In this document: positions 9,492-19,445 of the stretch, one piece after another
Layout: each line of letters opens with the position of its first letter
How positions within the stretch are numbered: position 1 is the stretch's first letter
NCBI GenBank assembly: GCA_965197745.1
Contig: CBDANS010000007.1
Location: 1,952,001-2,016,000 of the forward strand
Direction: 5' to 3'
Length of the DNA stretch: 64,000 bases
Source: Opitutales bacterium
GTDB taxonomy: Bacteria; Verrucomicrobiota; Verrucomicrobiia; Opitutales; PNEW01
Translations under genes and position numbers: made by a program
The notes under the pieces: model-generated
Databases searched by the model: none
What the model saw: the letters and a program-made list of their open reading frames with translations, nothing else
What the model was told of the DNA's origin: nothing

Positions 9492-10748
9492 TTAAAGGGC
9501 GTTGAGGACAATACTGGCATTGTGACCTCCGAAACCTGAATTGTTACTCATAGCTACTTTAACAGGTGCGGATTTTTTTCGGTTAGGAACATAATTCAAG
9601 TCACAATCCGGATCAGGGTTTTCGTAATTAATAGTGGGGGGGATATCACCGGTCTGGATTACTTTTGCCGTCGCGGCCGCTTCGATACCGCCCGCTGCTC
9701 CAAGGAGGTGTCCCGTCATCGATTTTGTCGAGCTGATATTAATATTGTAGGCATGATCACCAAATACGTTTTTTACGGCTAAAGTCTCAACTTTGTCATT
9801 TGGTCCTGTCGATGTGCCATGAGCATTGATATAATCAACTTCAGAAGGATTCACCCCGGCCGCTTTAAGGGCGTTATTCAAACAGAGGATGAGACCTTTG
9901 CCATCCAAATCAGGAGTGGTAATGTGATAGGCATCACAGGTCGCTGCGTAACCCGTTAATTCACAATAAATATTTGCTCCACGTGCCTGTGCATGCTCCA
10001 GCGTCTCAAGAATGACGACCCCCGATCCTTCCCCCATGATAAAACCATCTCTTTTCATATCAAATGGGCGGCTGGCACTTTCCGGTGCATCATTGTAGGC
10101 CGTGCTCATCGCTTTCATATTGCAGAAACCGGCATAGCCTAATGGGGTAACAGCAGCTTCACTCCCTCCCGCCACCATGACATCGACAGCACCACTCTGT
10201 AAGTGAAGCATGGACTCACCTATCGCATGTGTCCCGGTGGCACAGGCACTGACTACGCTAAAATTGGGCCCTAGTGCACCGATCTCCATGGCGACAATTC
10301 CCGATGCGGAATTGGCAATTAATGAGGGGATCATAAAAGGCGAGACTTTTCGAGGGCCTAAATCATACATTCTGAGTGTTTGTGTTTCGATCGTATCCAT
10401 GCCGCCAATACCCGAGCCAATGATGATACCCATGCGCGTTTTATCCACTCTTTCCATATCTAACTGACCGTCGGCAAGGGCTATTTTTGTAGCCGCTAAG
10501 GCAAAATGAGTATAGCGGTCATTGCGCCTCACTTCTTTAGGATCCATGTAATCCTTGGGATCGAAATCCAGTACTTCGGCACCAATCCGGGTGGGAAATA
10601 CACTGGGATCCCAACGTGAGATCGTTTTTATCCCACTGCGGCCCGCCAATAGGTTATCCCAAAAAGACTGAATATCATTACCCAATGAATGAATTATTCC
10701 AAGACCGGTAATTACAACCCGTCGCTTTGGCAAATGAGTTTCCATTGC
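9492..10748 (-). CDS. fabF: Beta-ketoacyl-ACP synthase II
   Basis: RVVITGLG, SACATG, NAHGTST, KSMTGHLLGAAG and GFGGHN motifs; exact start uncertain. Confidence 0.96.
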   Translation of the reverse strand, partial: AMETHLPKRRVVITGLGIIHSLGNDIQSFWDNLLAGRSGIKTISRWDPSVFPTRIGAEVLDFDPKDYMDPKEVRRNDRYTHFALAATKIALADGQLDMERVDKTRMGIIIGSGIGGMDTIETQTLRMYDLGPRKVSPFMIPSLIANSASGIVAMEIGALGPNFSVVSACATGTHAIGESMLHLQSGAVDVMVAGGSEAAVTPLGYAGFCNMKAMSTAYNDAPESASRPFDMKRDGFIMGEGSGVVILETLEHAQARGANIYCELTGYAATCDAYHITTPDLDGKGLILCLNNALKAAGVNPSEVDYINAHGTSTGPNDKVETLAVKNVFGDHAYNINISSTKSMTGHLLGAAGGIEAAATAKVIQTGDIPPTINYENPDPDCDLNYVPNRKKSAPVKVAMSNNSGFGGHNASIVLNAL

Positions 10749-10811
10749 AAAATTGGCAGCCTCAAGCCACAACCAAGCTAACCTGGCACGCTATGATACT
10801 CCCACGGGTAA

Positions 10812-11069
10812 TTAAGCACCCGCTTTATCCTCAATATATTTAGTGACATCACCAACTGTCTGCAGCTTCTCTGCTTCCGATTCTGGGATCTCACCTTGGA
10901 TCTCATCTTTAAATTCCTCTTCAAAGGCCATTATAAGTTCAACCGTATCCAAGGAATCGGCTCCAAGATCATCCAGAAAGGAGGCTTCGGCTGTAACTTG
11001 CTCATTATTTACATTGAGCTGGTTGACAATAATCTCCTGCACGCGACTTTCGATAGATTTATCTGCCAT
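10812..11069 (-). CDS. acpP: Acyl carrier protein
   Basis: [11 protein letters not shown] phosphopantetheine site; lies between fabG and fabF. Confidence 0.97.
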   Translation of the reverse strand: MADKSIESRVQEIIVNQLNVNNEQVTAEASFLDDLGADSLDTVELIMAFEEEFKDEIQGEIPESEAEKLQTVGDVTKYIEDKAGA

Positions 11070-11108
11070 AACTGTTCGACTGATTTTTGAAAAGTGTATT
11101 ATTTCGCA

Positions 11109-11861
11109 TCACATCACAAGCCCGCCGTCAATGGAAAAAACTTTACCGGTGATATATGCCGCTTCCTCAGAACAGAGAAAAGCGACTAATCCGGCAACAT
11201 CTTTCGGTTGGCCAAGCCTCTTTAAAGGAATCATTTTTGTTATCATTTCGGAAGCTTTTTCGTCCATATTTGAGGTCATATCCGTCTCAATAAATCCCGG
11301 CGCTACGGCGTTTACAGTGACCGTCCGGCTGGAAAATTCTTTAGCTAAGCTCTTCGTCAGCCCAATCATTCCCGCTTTTGACGCGGCATAATTAGCCTGA
11401 CCGGCATTCCCCATAAGCCCCACAACGGAGCTAATGTTGACAATCCGGCCCCAACGCTTTCGGGCCATCGGGTGAGCCAGAGCCTTTACCCAGTAGAAAC
11501 AGCTGAATAAATTCGTCCGCAACACCGATTCCCAATCATCGTCTGACATCCTCAGGATAAGTCCATCACGTGTAATTCCGGCATTATTTACCAATATATC
11601 TATATTTTCATATTCCTTAAGCAGAGATATAGCGGCCGTTGCCACTGCTTCGCTGTCCGAGACATCAATGGCATAGGCCTTAGCAGTGCCCCCGGCTTTA
11701 GTGATCGCGTCCGCTGCTGCACCGCAACTATTTTCCGATTTACTTATACAAATGACCGTAATTCCACTGTTGCCTAATACTTCTGCTACCGCTCGCCCTA
11801 TCCCTCGACCGGCACCGGTGACAAGGGCTACACGATTTTCATAAGTCAACTGCATGGGCAC
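11109..11861 (-). CDS. fabG: 3-oxoacyl-ACP reductase
   Basis: TGAGRGIG, NNAGITRD and YAASK motifs. Confidence 0.96.
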   Translation of the reverse strand: MPMQLTYENRVALVTGAGRGIGRAVAEVLGNSGITVICISKSENSCGAAADAITKAGGTAKAYAIDVSDSEAVATAAISLLKEYENIDILVNNAGITRDGLILRMSDDDWESVLRTNLFSCFYWVKALAHPMARKRWGRIVNISSVVGLMGNAGQANYAASKAGMIGLTKSLAKEFSSRTVTVNAVAPGFIETDMTSNMDEKASEMITKMIPLKRLGQPKDVAGLVAFLCSEEAAYITGKVFSIDGGLVM

Positions 11862-11934
11862 ATGTCTTCAAAAATTGCTGGGTGAGGCAAGATTTATCGT
11901 TTTCTCTTCTCTTACCAGCGTTAGGGTATGCGCT

Positions 11935-13098
11935 TTAGTAGATGTCGCGCAGGTAACGTTTGTCCTTTTTCATTTGCTTCACATAGGCCTGGCTCTCCTC
12001 TTCACTCATTCCCCCGTCATTTTGGATGATTTCGTGAAGAGCAGCATCGACATCGGGAGCCATGCGCTCGGCGTCACCGCATACATAAAAATACGCCCCC
12101 TGACTGATCCAGTCCCACAGACCAGCGGCATTCTCACGCATTTTATCCTGAACATATATTTTAAAATCCTGATCCCGGGACCAGGCGAGATTGAGGTGCG
12201 TCAATTGTCCCTTAGCCAGGTAATCTTCGAATTCTTCCCCGTAAAGGTAATCCGTGGCTTCATGCTGATCCCCAAAAAACAGCCATGTCTTACCCTGGGC
12301 GCTCCGAATAATGCGCTCCTGGATAAAGGCACGAAAGGGGGCAATACCGGTCCCGGGGCCAACCATGATAAGATTAATATTGTCATCCTCAGGCAGACCA
12401 AAATGTGACTTGGCAACAAAAACGGGGATTTTTTTCTCAAAGATATCAACACGATCGGAAAGATAAGTGGTGGCGACGCCCACCCTATCACGCCCATTCG
12501 TTTCATAGCGCACAATGGCCACCGTCAGGTGAACATCATCAGGATAAAGACTGGGTCCTGAGGCTATAGAATAGAGTCGGGGAACCAGTTTGCGCAGGCA
12601 CTCGACAATTTCTTGAGCTTCAAATTTTGCGCTGGGAAATTCTTCAAGCAGATCGATGAATTCACGGTTTACAAGATAGGTTTTAGTAGTTTCTTTCGCC
12701 TCCTCGGAAAGCAGTTCTTCCAGTTGTCTTTTTTCCTCTTCGGATCTTACTTTTTCCGAAAGTTTTATTAAAAATTTTTTTGTCGGTAGCGCTAAAGAAA
12801 CCCTGCTGAAAAGTGCATCTCGCAACCTTATATCTTCAGGATCGTTTTTGAGACGGACTTTCTCATCACCGCTCATCCCCAAGACCTTGAGCAAGGCATC
12901 TATTTCCTCTACACGGTTTGTGGGGTATACACCAAGAGAATCTCCGCAGGTATAGGTCATACCGCTCCCTGAAATATCGACAACATAATGTTGAGTGTCC
13001 TTAGCCGACCCCTCTTTGCACAGCATACGTTTTTCCGTAAGTTGGGCAATAAAGGGATTTTTTACCGTGTATTTCTGTTCAATTTTTACTTCACTCAT
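11935..13098 (-). CDS. Sulfite reductase flavoprotein-like FAD/NADPH oxidoreductase (no flavodoxin domain)
   Basis: RLYSIAS, GPGTGIAPFR, YVCGDAERMA and RYLRDIY motifs of the CysJ/FNR family; only 387 aa. Confidence 0.85.
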   Translation of the reverse strand: MSEVKIEQKYTVKNPFIAQLTEKRMLCKEGSAKDTQHYVVDISGSGMTYTCGDSLGVYPTNRVEEIDALLKVLGMSGDEKVRLKNDPEDIRLRDALFSRVSLALPTKKFLIKLSEKVRSEEEKRQLEELLSEEAKETTKTYLVNREFIDLLEEFPSAKFEAQEIVECLRKLVPRLYSIASGPSLYPDDVHLTVAIVRYETNGRDRVGVATTYLSDRVDIFEKKIPVFVAKSHFGLPEDDNINLIMVGPGTGIAPFRAFIQERIIRSAQGKTWLFFGDQHEATDYLYGEEFEDYLAKGQLTHLNLAWSRDQDFKIYVQDKMRENAAGLWDWISQGAYFYVCGDAERMAPDVDAALHEIIQNDGGMSEEESQAYVKQMKKDKRYLRDIY

Positions 13099-13197
13099 GC
13101 TCTCAGAAAATTGATGTTATTCTTTAATAAATCTTCAATAATTTAAATATATTTCTACCTGTCTTCATTTCTAATAGCAGTTATTAATCATATTACA

Positions 13198-13932
13198 ATG
13201 CGGAAAAAAGAGGAATCCATACGTATCCATAAATACCTTTCCGAGCAGGGCGTCTGTTCGCGTCGCCAGGCTGAATCTTTAATCAGAGAAGGTTTGGTCA
13301 AGGTAAATAGAAAAGTCGCCGAGCTAGGCCAAAAAATAGATCCTGCTAAAGATCATCTATCCGTTCAAGGCAGGAGCATACCCACTAAATCAAAAATAGA
13401 ATTAACACTTGTTCTGAATAAACCAAGAGGGTTCATTTGCAGCAACCGTGATCCTCATCACAGTCAAACCGTCTTTGATCTATTACCTAAAGAGTTTCTT
13501 AAGGAACGGCTCTATTGTGCGGGCAGACTTGATAAAGACAGTGAAGGGCTACTTATTATAACCAATAATGGATCGCTGACCCATTCTATTACTCACCCCT
13601 CAAGGGAAGTAATAAAACGCTATGAGCTGATCTTAAATAAGCCTTTTGATTTAAAAAAAATACCCTTGTTAAAACGCGGTTTGTTTGTCGATGGGGAACG
13701 CTTACACGTGGATAAAGTCGTTCCTCTTAAAAAAGGTCCCAACCCTGAATGTTGTCTCGAAGTTCATCTTAAACAGGGACGCAAACGCGAGATCCGCCGC
13801 CTCTTTGAAGCGCTGGGCTACCCTGTGAAAAAACTCTACCGTTTCCAGATCGGTGGGCTCACCCTGCGGGGCATCAAACCCGGTAATTTTCGCGTTCTGA
13901 ATGCCAAAGATATTAAAAAGCTATTTGTATAA
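13198..13932 (+). CDS. rRNA pseudouridine synthase, RsuA/RluB family
   Basis: S4 domain CSRRQAE, LNKPRG, GRLDKDSEGLL and GRKREIRR motifs. Confidence 0.93.
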   Translation: MRKKEESIRIHKYLSEQGVCSRRQAESLIREGLVKVNRKVAELGQKIDPAKDHLSVQGRSIPTKSKIELTLVLNKPRGFICSNRDPHHSQTVFDLLPKEFLKERLYCAGRLDKDSEGLLIITNNGSLTHSITHPSREVIKRYELILNKPFDLKKIPLLKRGLFVDGERLHVDKVVPLKKGPNPECCLEVHLKQGRKREIRRLFEALGYPVKKLYRFQIGGLTLRGIKPGNFRVLNAKDIKKLFV

Positions 13933-14007
13933 TAGAGGATTAAGGGTGCGCCTTAAGAAGATCTGCCGTAGCCTTAGAATTTACAGTTTAACCTTTTGCC
14001 GCAATCA

Positions 14008-14895
14008 TTACGCCTCTGAAAGTGATTTATTATAGGCCTTCAGTGTATTGCGCATGAGGGTCGCAACCGTCATCGGCCCTACGCCACCGGGTACGGGGGT
14101 AATTTTAGAAACGAGCGGCGCTACATTATCAAAATCGACATCACCGACGAGGCGGTAACCCCGTTTCTTCGAATCATCTGAGACACGATTTGTTCCAACA
14201 TCGATGACTACAGCCCCTGGTTTAACCATCTCAGCAGTGATAAATTGTGCTCTACCCATAGCGGCGATAAGAATATCGGCCTGTTTAGTGATTTTCGGTA
14301 AATTATGTGTATGTGAATGGCATATTGTTACCGTAGCGTTGCCGGTTCTACTTTTTTGCATAAGAAGCAGTGCACAGGATTTTCCCACAAGCAGGCTCCG
14401 CCCCACCACTACCGCGTGTTTACCGTCAACCTTTACATTCGATCGCTGGAGCAACTCAATAATTCCCGCCGGGGTGCATGCCACAAAAGCCTCCGGATCC
14501 TCCTGACAAAGGCGCCCGATATTTATGTTATTCAGTCCGTCAACATCTTTATCGGGGTGGACGCGATTAAACGCCGTCTCTTCGCTGATGTGCTCAGGCA
14601 AGGGGGATTGAACAAGTATTCCGTGGATGGACACATCACTATTCAGAGAATCAATTTTTTTCAGTAATTCCTCTTCACTCGAATCTTCAGGCATCGTATG
14701 AACCTGACTCTCGATACCTATTTCCTTGGCAATTTTTTGCTTTTTATTGACGTAGTATACAGAAGCGGGATCATCCCCCACTCTGACAAAAGCGACGCCA
14801 GGTTGAGCGCCTTTTATCGTCGCAATTGCATCCTTTATTTCATCAAGAATTTGCCGGGAAACAGCGTTGCCATCAATTATTTTTGGATCAGACAT
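14008..14895 (-). CDS. folD: Methylenetetrahydrofolate dehydrogenase/cyclohydrolase
   Basis: KDVDG, CTPAGI, GRSLLVGK and TPVPGGVGPMT motifs. Confidence 0.97.
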   Translation of the reverse strand: MSDPKIIDGNAVSRQILDEIKDAIATIKGAQPGVAFVRVGDDPASVYYVNKKQKIAKEIGIESQVHTMPEDSSEEELLKKIDSLNSDVSIHGILVQSPLPEHISEETAFNRVHPDKDVDGLNNINIGRLCQEDPEAFVACTPAGIIELLQRSNVKVDGKHAVVVGRSLLVGKSCALLLMQKSRTGNATVTICHSHTHNLPKITKQADILIAAMGRAQFITAEMVKPGAVVIDVGTNRVSDDSKKRGYRLVGDVDFDNVAPLVSKITPVPGGVGPMTVATLMRNTLKAYNKSLSEA

Positions 14896-15266
14896 TTACT
14901 CTAAGGAAGATAAACGCAGGTTATACCAATGGCACAAGAAAATACTGTGTAGTGCATATGAATTAATCAAATAACTTTGTATTTTTCGGTTACATTAATG
15001 AAGACCATCGTCGTCCCATGACAGAGAACCAGGGCTCGATTAGCATTGAAAAGAACGGTTTTTACTTCCATCTGATAACTTATAGCTTCAAACTTAAACT
15101 ATATCCACTTACTTACCTCCTCTTCCTCATACCCATATTCTAATTTTACATAAAATGTAAATTAATTGTGAATTTATAAATATAAAAGTGGGACAAGCAC
15201 TGAATGCTTGAATTTTTAAGTTCAACTCCGATACTGAGGTTGAATTTTTAAACCTGTTTACAATCC

Positions 15267-16397
15267 TTGAATTCTTCACCGAAAATACTCGTTGTTGACG
15301 ACGAACCCATCAATGTAAAGCTGCTTCAACGTAAACTGGAGCATGTGGGTTTTGAGGTAAGTGTAGGCTATGACGGAGAAACAGCCTTAGAAAAAGTTTC
15401 CAAGGTTAAACCTGACCTGATTCTACTCGATATTATGATGCCGGGCCTCGATGGTATTGAAGTCTGTAAGCGTCTGAAAAAGAATGACACCACCCACACA
15501 ATACCTATCATCTTCATAACCGCCAAGACTTCTAAAAAGGGGAAACTTTACGGTCTAAGTGCCGGGGCAATTGACTATATCACTAAACCCATAGACCTGG
15601 ATGAGACTGTAGCACGTATAAAAACACAATTGCGGATTCAGGATATACACCGTCACAATCTTGACCTTCAAGCCCGATTAAATGAAGCCCGGCAGTCTGC
15701 CGCGATTGGAGCAATTACTCAGGGCATTGCCCATAATCTTAATAATTTGCTTGGGGTAGTCGTAGGGTATCTCGATCTTATTGATACCTGTTCAGATAAA
15801 CCCGATATGGTCAAACGCAGTGCGGGGCTGATGAATCAAGCTATAAAACGTATCATTAATATCGTCCAACAGCTCAGCCTTTTTGCGACAAAGAAAAAAG
15901 TTCAACTTTCTTTGATTTCGCTCGACCCATTGATCAAAAACAGTATCGAACGTTTTTGCGAGGAGAATAAAGTAAAAGCTAAGGTTAATGTTGAAAACGC
16001 AACCCCGGACACCAATGTAAACGCCAATGCCGAGGTCTTTGAAAATATTATGGGGCTTCTGCTCATCAATGCCTGGGAAAGTTATCCGGAGGGCACCACG
16101 GATGAACGTGATATCCAAATTCATACGGAAATCATTAACATTCGGGGGGAAAAGCAACTCCAGCTTACAATATCGGATCAAGGTGAAGGAATCAATTCGA
16201 AGATAGCGGATCATGTCTTTGAACCTTTTATCTCCTCAAAGACTTCAGTGGGGCGCGGAATGGGTTTAACTATCGCCCGTCATAGCATACGCAATCTCGG
16301 TGGCGATATTTACCTTAAAGATAACCTAACCCCCAAGGAGGCACTTCTGTTGTCTTCACCCACCCGATTTAGGGGTGGCCATACTCACCAGGGTTGA
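15267..16397 (+). CDS. Hybrid response regulator-histidine kinase; last ~14 codons frameshifted
   Basis: Receiver domain (VDDE, LLDIMMP, KP), H-box GIAHNLNN, N-box, DQGEG, GRGMGL; a 5-bp duplication at 16322-16331 shifts the final strand. Confidence 0.88.
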   Translation: MNSSPKILVVDDEPINVKLLQRKLEHVGFEVSVGYDGETALEKVSKVKPDLILLDIMMPGLDGIEVCKRLKKNDTTHTIPIIFITAKTSKKGKLYGLSAGAIDYITKPIDLDETVARIKTQLRIQDIHRHNLDLQARLNEARQSAAIGAITQGIAHNLNNLLGVVVGYLDLIDTCSDKPDMVKRSAGLMNQAIKRIINIVQQLSLFATKKKVQLSLISLDPLIKNSIERFCEENKVKAKVNVENATPDTNVNANAEVFENIMGLLLINAWESYPEGTTDERDIQIHTEIINIRGEKQLQLTISDQGEGINSKIADHVFEPFISSKTSVGRGMGLTIARHSIRNLGGDIYLKDNLTPKEALLLSSPTRFRGGHTHQG

Positions 16398-16536
16398 CGC
16401 CTGTAAGGTTGAGTAGCATTCTGCCTATCAGTCAAAATGTCACTCTGTATTACTACTGAATCTTTCACCTTGCATCTGGTATCTTGGATCATGCATCCTC
16501 TTTGCCGTACATAGCGCACCGCTTGTCTCAGACACC

Positions 16537-17340
16537 ATGATTAAAGTATCCTTTCTAGGCGCGGGTAAAATGGCCTCCGCGATGATAAACAGTTTGCTCG
16601 AAAACAAATTGTTCAGTTCAAATGATCTCGCTTGTACCAGTGCTGCGGATGGAACCGGAGAAGCCCTATCCGCTCAGACAGGCATCCTTCACACGGAAGA
16701 CCTGGAGAAACTTCTTACTGAGGCTGAAACCGTAGTTCTTGCCTTTAAACCCCAACAATTAAATGAAATTGGTGAGGATCATCTGCGTCTTACCGCGGGT
16801 AAACTTATTATTTCAATTCTTGCGGGCATCAACATTGAAAAACTGGAGGTAACCTTTTCCCAGGCGGGTAACATCGTTAGAGCCATGCCTAACACTCCCG
16901 GTCAGATTGCCGCGGGTATTACCTGCTTCAGCTCAAAAAAATCCTTGCCAGCCGGGGATCAAGCGATGGTGGAAAAAATTCTCGGATCCTTGGGGCCGGT
17001 AATTCCCGTCCCCGAAGAGTATATGGATGCCGTAACGGCCGTAAGTGGCAGTGGTCCCGCCTACCTTTTTGAGTTTATCGCCGCCCTCCGGGACGGTGGC
17101 ATTAAAGCAGGATTAGCTCCTGATCTGGCATATAGACTGGCATTAGAAACAACACTGGGGTCCTCACGCCTTCTTGCCCGCACCGGGGAAATGCCTGAGA
17201 TCCTGCGCGACCGCGTTAGTTCACCCGGGGGAACTACCCTGGCGGGGTTAAAAGTAATGGACGATCGAAATTTTCGGAAAATCATGGAAGACACGGTAAT
17301 TGCTGCTAAAAAACGCTCAATTGAGCTTTCTGACGCATGA
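16537..17340 (+). CDS. proC: Pyrroline-5-carboxylate reductase
   Basis: GAGKMA, RAMPNTP, SGSGPAY and SPGGTT motifs. Confidence 0.96.
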   Translation: MIKVSFLGAGKMASAMINSLLENKLFSSNDLACTSAADGTGEALSAQTGILHTEDLEKLLTEAETVVLAFKPQQLNEIGEDHLRLTAGKLIISILAGINIEKLEVTFSQAGNIVRAMPNTPGQIAAGITCFSSKKSLPAGDQAMVEKILGSLGPVIPVPEEYMDAVTAVSGSGPAYLFEFIAALRDGGIKAGLAPDLAYRLALETTLGSSRLLARTGEMPEILRDRVSSPGGTTLAGLKVMDDRNFRKIMEDTVIAAKKRSIELSDA

Positions 17341-17421
17341 TTACGTGGATATGAGCCTATGTTTGTCAGCACTTAATTAGAGGCAGGAGATCGATTCAAC
17401 CGGACAATCAATTAAACCGCC

Positions 17422-18426
17422 ATGACCTTACTGGAGAAAGGAAAAATAGTTGTTACTGGTGGTGCCGGATTTATTGGCAGTGCGCTCATATGGGCTTTAA
17501 ACCGACGCGGTCTTAATAATATTCTGGTGGTGGATTTTCATAGCGATGATGAAAAGTTTAAAAATTTAGATCTATTGCAATTTGATGATTATCTGGAAGC
17601 AGATCAGTATATAGATAAAATTCACGCCAACTCTTACTTATTTAAAGAAACCCAGGTGATTTTTCATCTTGGCGCCTGTTCCAGTACTACGGAACGCAAT
17701 GTCCGTTATCTCTTCGAAAACAACTATGAATATACTAAGCGTCTCGCTCATTGGGCATTGAATCATGACACCCGCTTTATCTATGCCTCATCGGCGTCCA
17801 CCTATGGCGATGGCTCCCACGGGCTGATCGATCATGCCGATCAACTCGATCAGCTTCAACCGTTGAACCTTTATGCCTATTCAAAACATCTTTTTGATGT
17901 CTACGCGCATCAGCAGGGGTTGCTCGATAAAATTGTTGGCCTTAAATATTTCAATGTTTTCGGCCCTAACGAATATCACAAAGGAGATATGCGAAGTGTC
18001 GTAAATAAGACCTTTCACCAAATCCGAGAGTCCGGCATAGCAAAACTTTTTAAAAGTTATCATGCGGACTATAATGACGGCGAACAGAAGCGCGATTTTC
18101 TCTATGTTAAAGATGCCGCGAATATGACGCTGCATCTTGCGGAAAAAACAGAAGCATGCGGTATTTTTAATATCGGTAGCGGTACCGCTAATACCTGGAT
18201 TGATCTGGTCTCTCCCCTTTTCCCCGCTATGGGTTTGCCCAGAAAAACAGAATTTATCGATATGCCTGAGCCTCTGCGGGCTAAGTATCAATACTTCACC
18301 CAGGCCGATATTTCCCGTCTACGTTATACCGCTTATGATCATCCTATCACGGATTTATCATCAGCCGTCACCGATTATGTAGAAAATTACCTCCTTCAAA
18401 ATAAATATTTAGGGAGTGTGGCGTAA
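17422..18426 (+). CDS. hldD: ADP-L-glycero-D-manno-heptose 6-epimerase
   Basis: TGGAGFIGS, GACSSTTE, YAYSK and YFNVFGPNEYHKG motifs. Confidence 0.95.
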   Translation: MTLLEKGKIVVTGGAGFIGSALIWALNRRGLNNILVVDFHSDDEKFKNLDLLQFDDYLEADQYIDKIHANSYLFKETQVIFHLGACSSTTERNVRYLFENNYEYTKRLAHWALNHDTRFIYASSASTYGDGSHGLIDHADQLDQLQPLNLYAYSKHLFDVYAHQQGLLDKIVGLKYFNVFGPNEYHKGDMRSVVNKTFHQIRESGIAKLFKSYHADYNDGEQKRDFLYVKDAANMTLHLAEKTEACGIFNIGSGTANTWIDLVSPLFPAMGLPRKTEFIDMPEPLRAKYQYFTQADISRLRYTAYDHPITDLSSAVTDYVENYLLQNKYLGSVA

Positions 18427-18641
18427 TCGTTATATTATAAATTATAATGGACGCGCGATATACGTCCTCGGAGTTTCTGCTTCTAAATCGTGCGCGACCC
18501 CACCGTTATACGCTGAATCATAGATCACACATCATATCCGTTTATACTTATGAACTTATCACTTACTGCTTATAGCTTACAGCAAACCCAATTTTTAGCT
18601 TTTCATCAGGTCTTTTATTTTAAAAACTTCAGGCCATCAAA

Positions 18642-19445
18642 ATGGCAGCTACAGATGTCACATTGAAAAAAACTTCTTTCGGTCAAACCATGCGCCCAGA
18701 CACCTGGTGGGTGCAACCCCTTATTATTTTTCTCGGTTTGTCATTATTCATTGTCTACGCAACGTGGGCGGCATTTCAGGGTGAACACTATAGCTCGGGT
18801 CCTTATCTTTCACCCTTTTATTCACCCGAGTTTTTTGGCGACTCCTCTCACAGCTGGTTTGGTCCCAAACCTGGTTGGTGGCCACTCTGGCTTCCATGGT
18901 CGCCGGCATTTCTAATTCTCTGGGCCCCTGCCGGATTTCGCCTGACCTGCTATTATTACCGCGGAGCTTATTATAAGGCTTTCTGGGCAGATCCTCCATC
19001 CTGCACCGTAAGTGAACCAAGAAAGTCCTACCGCGGTGAAAATTCCTTGCCCCTCATATTGCAGAATGCGCACCGCTATTTTCTCTATCTCGCTCTCATC
19101 TTTCTCATTATTCTTTCCTATGATGTATGGAAGGCGCTTTGGTTTGTCGACCCACTTAGCGGGGAGGTTTCTTTTGGAATCGGGCTGGGTACTGTTGTTC
19201 TTGCCATTAATGTTATTCTGCTCAGCGGCTACACCCTGGGCTGTCACTCCCTGAGGCATCTCGTCGGTGGCTTCCTCGACCAAATATCCAAGTCCCCGGT
19301 TAGACAACGCGCCTACGGCTGTGTGAGTTGCTTGAATCGACAACATATGTTTTGGGCCTGGCCAAGCCTTTTGTGGGTCTTATTCGCCGATGTTTATGTT
19401 CGTTTATGCTCTATGGGGATTTGGGCCGATTGGAGGTTTTTTTAG
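18642..19445 (+). CDS. Succinate dehydrogenase membrane anchor, actinobacterial Sdh1 (Rv0249c-like) type
   Basis: YLSPFYSP, FRLTCYYYRGAYY, QNAHRYF and GCHSLRHLVGG motifs; stop overlaps the flavoprotein start. Confidence 0.85.
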   Translation: MAATDVTLKKTSFGQTMRPDTWWVQPLIIFLGLSLFIVYATWAAFQGEHYSSGPYLSPFYSPEFFGDSSHSWFGPKPGWWPLWLPWSPAFLILWAPAGFRLTCYYYRGAYYKAFWADPPSCTVSEPRKSYRGENSLPLILQNAHRYFLYLALIFLIILSYDVWKALWFVDPLSGEVSFGIGLGTVVLAINVILLSGYTLGCHSLRHLVGGFLDQISKSPVRQRAYGCVSCLNRQHMFWAWPSLLWVLFADVYVRLCSMGIWADWRFF

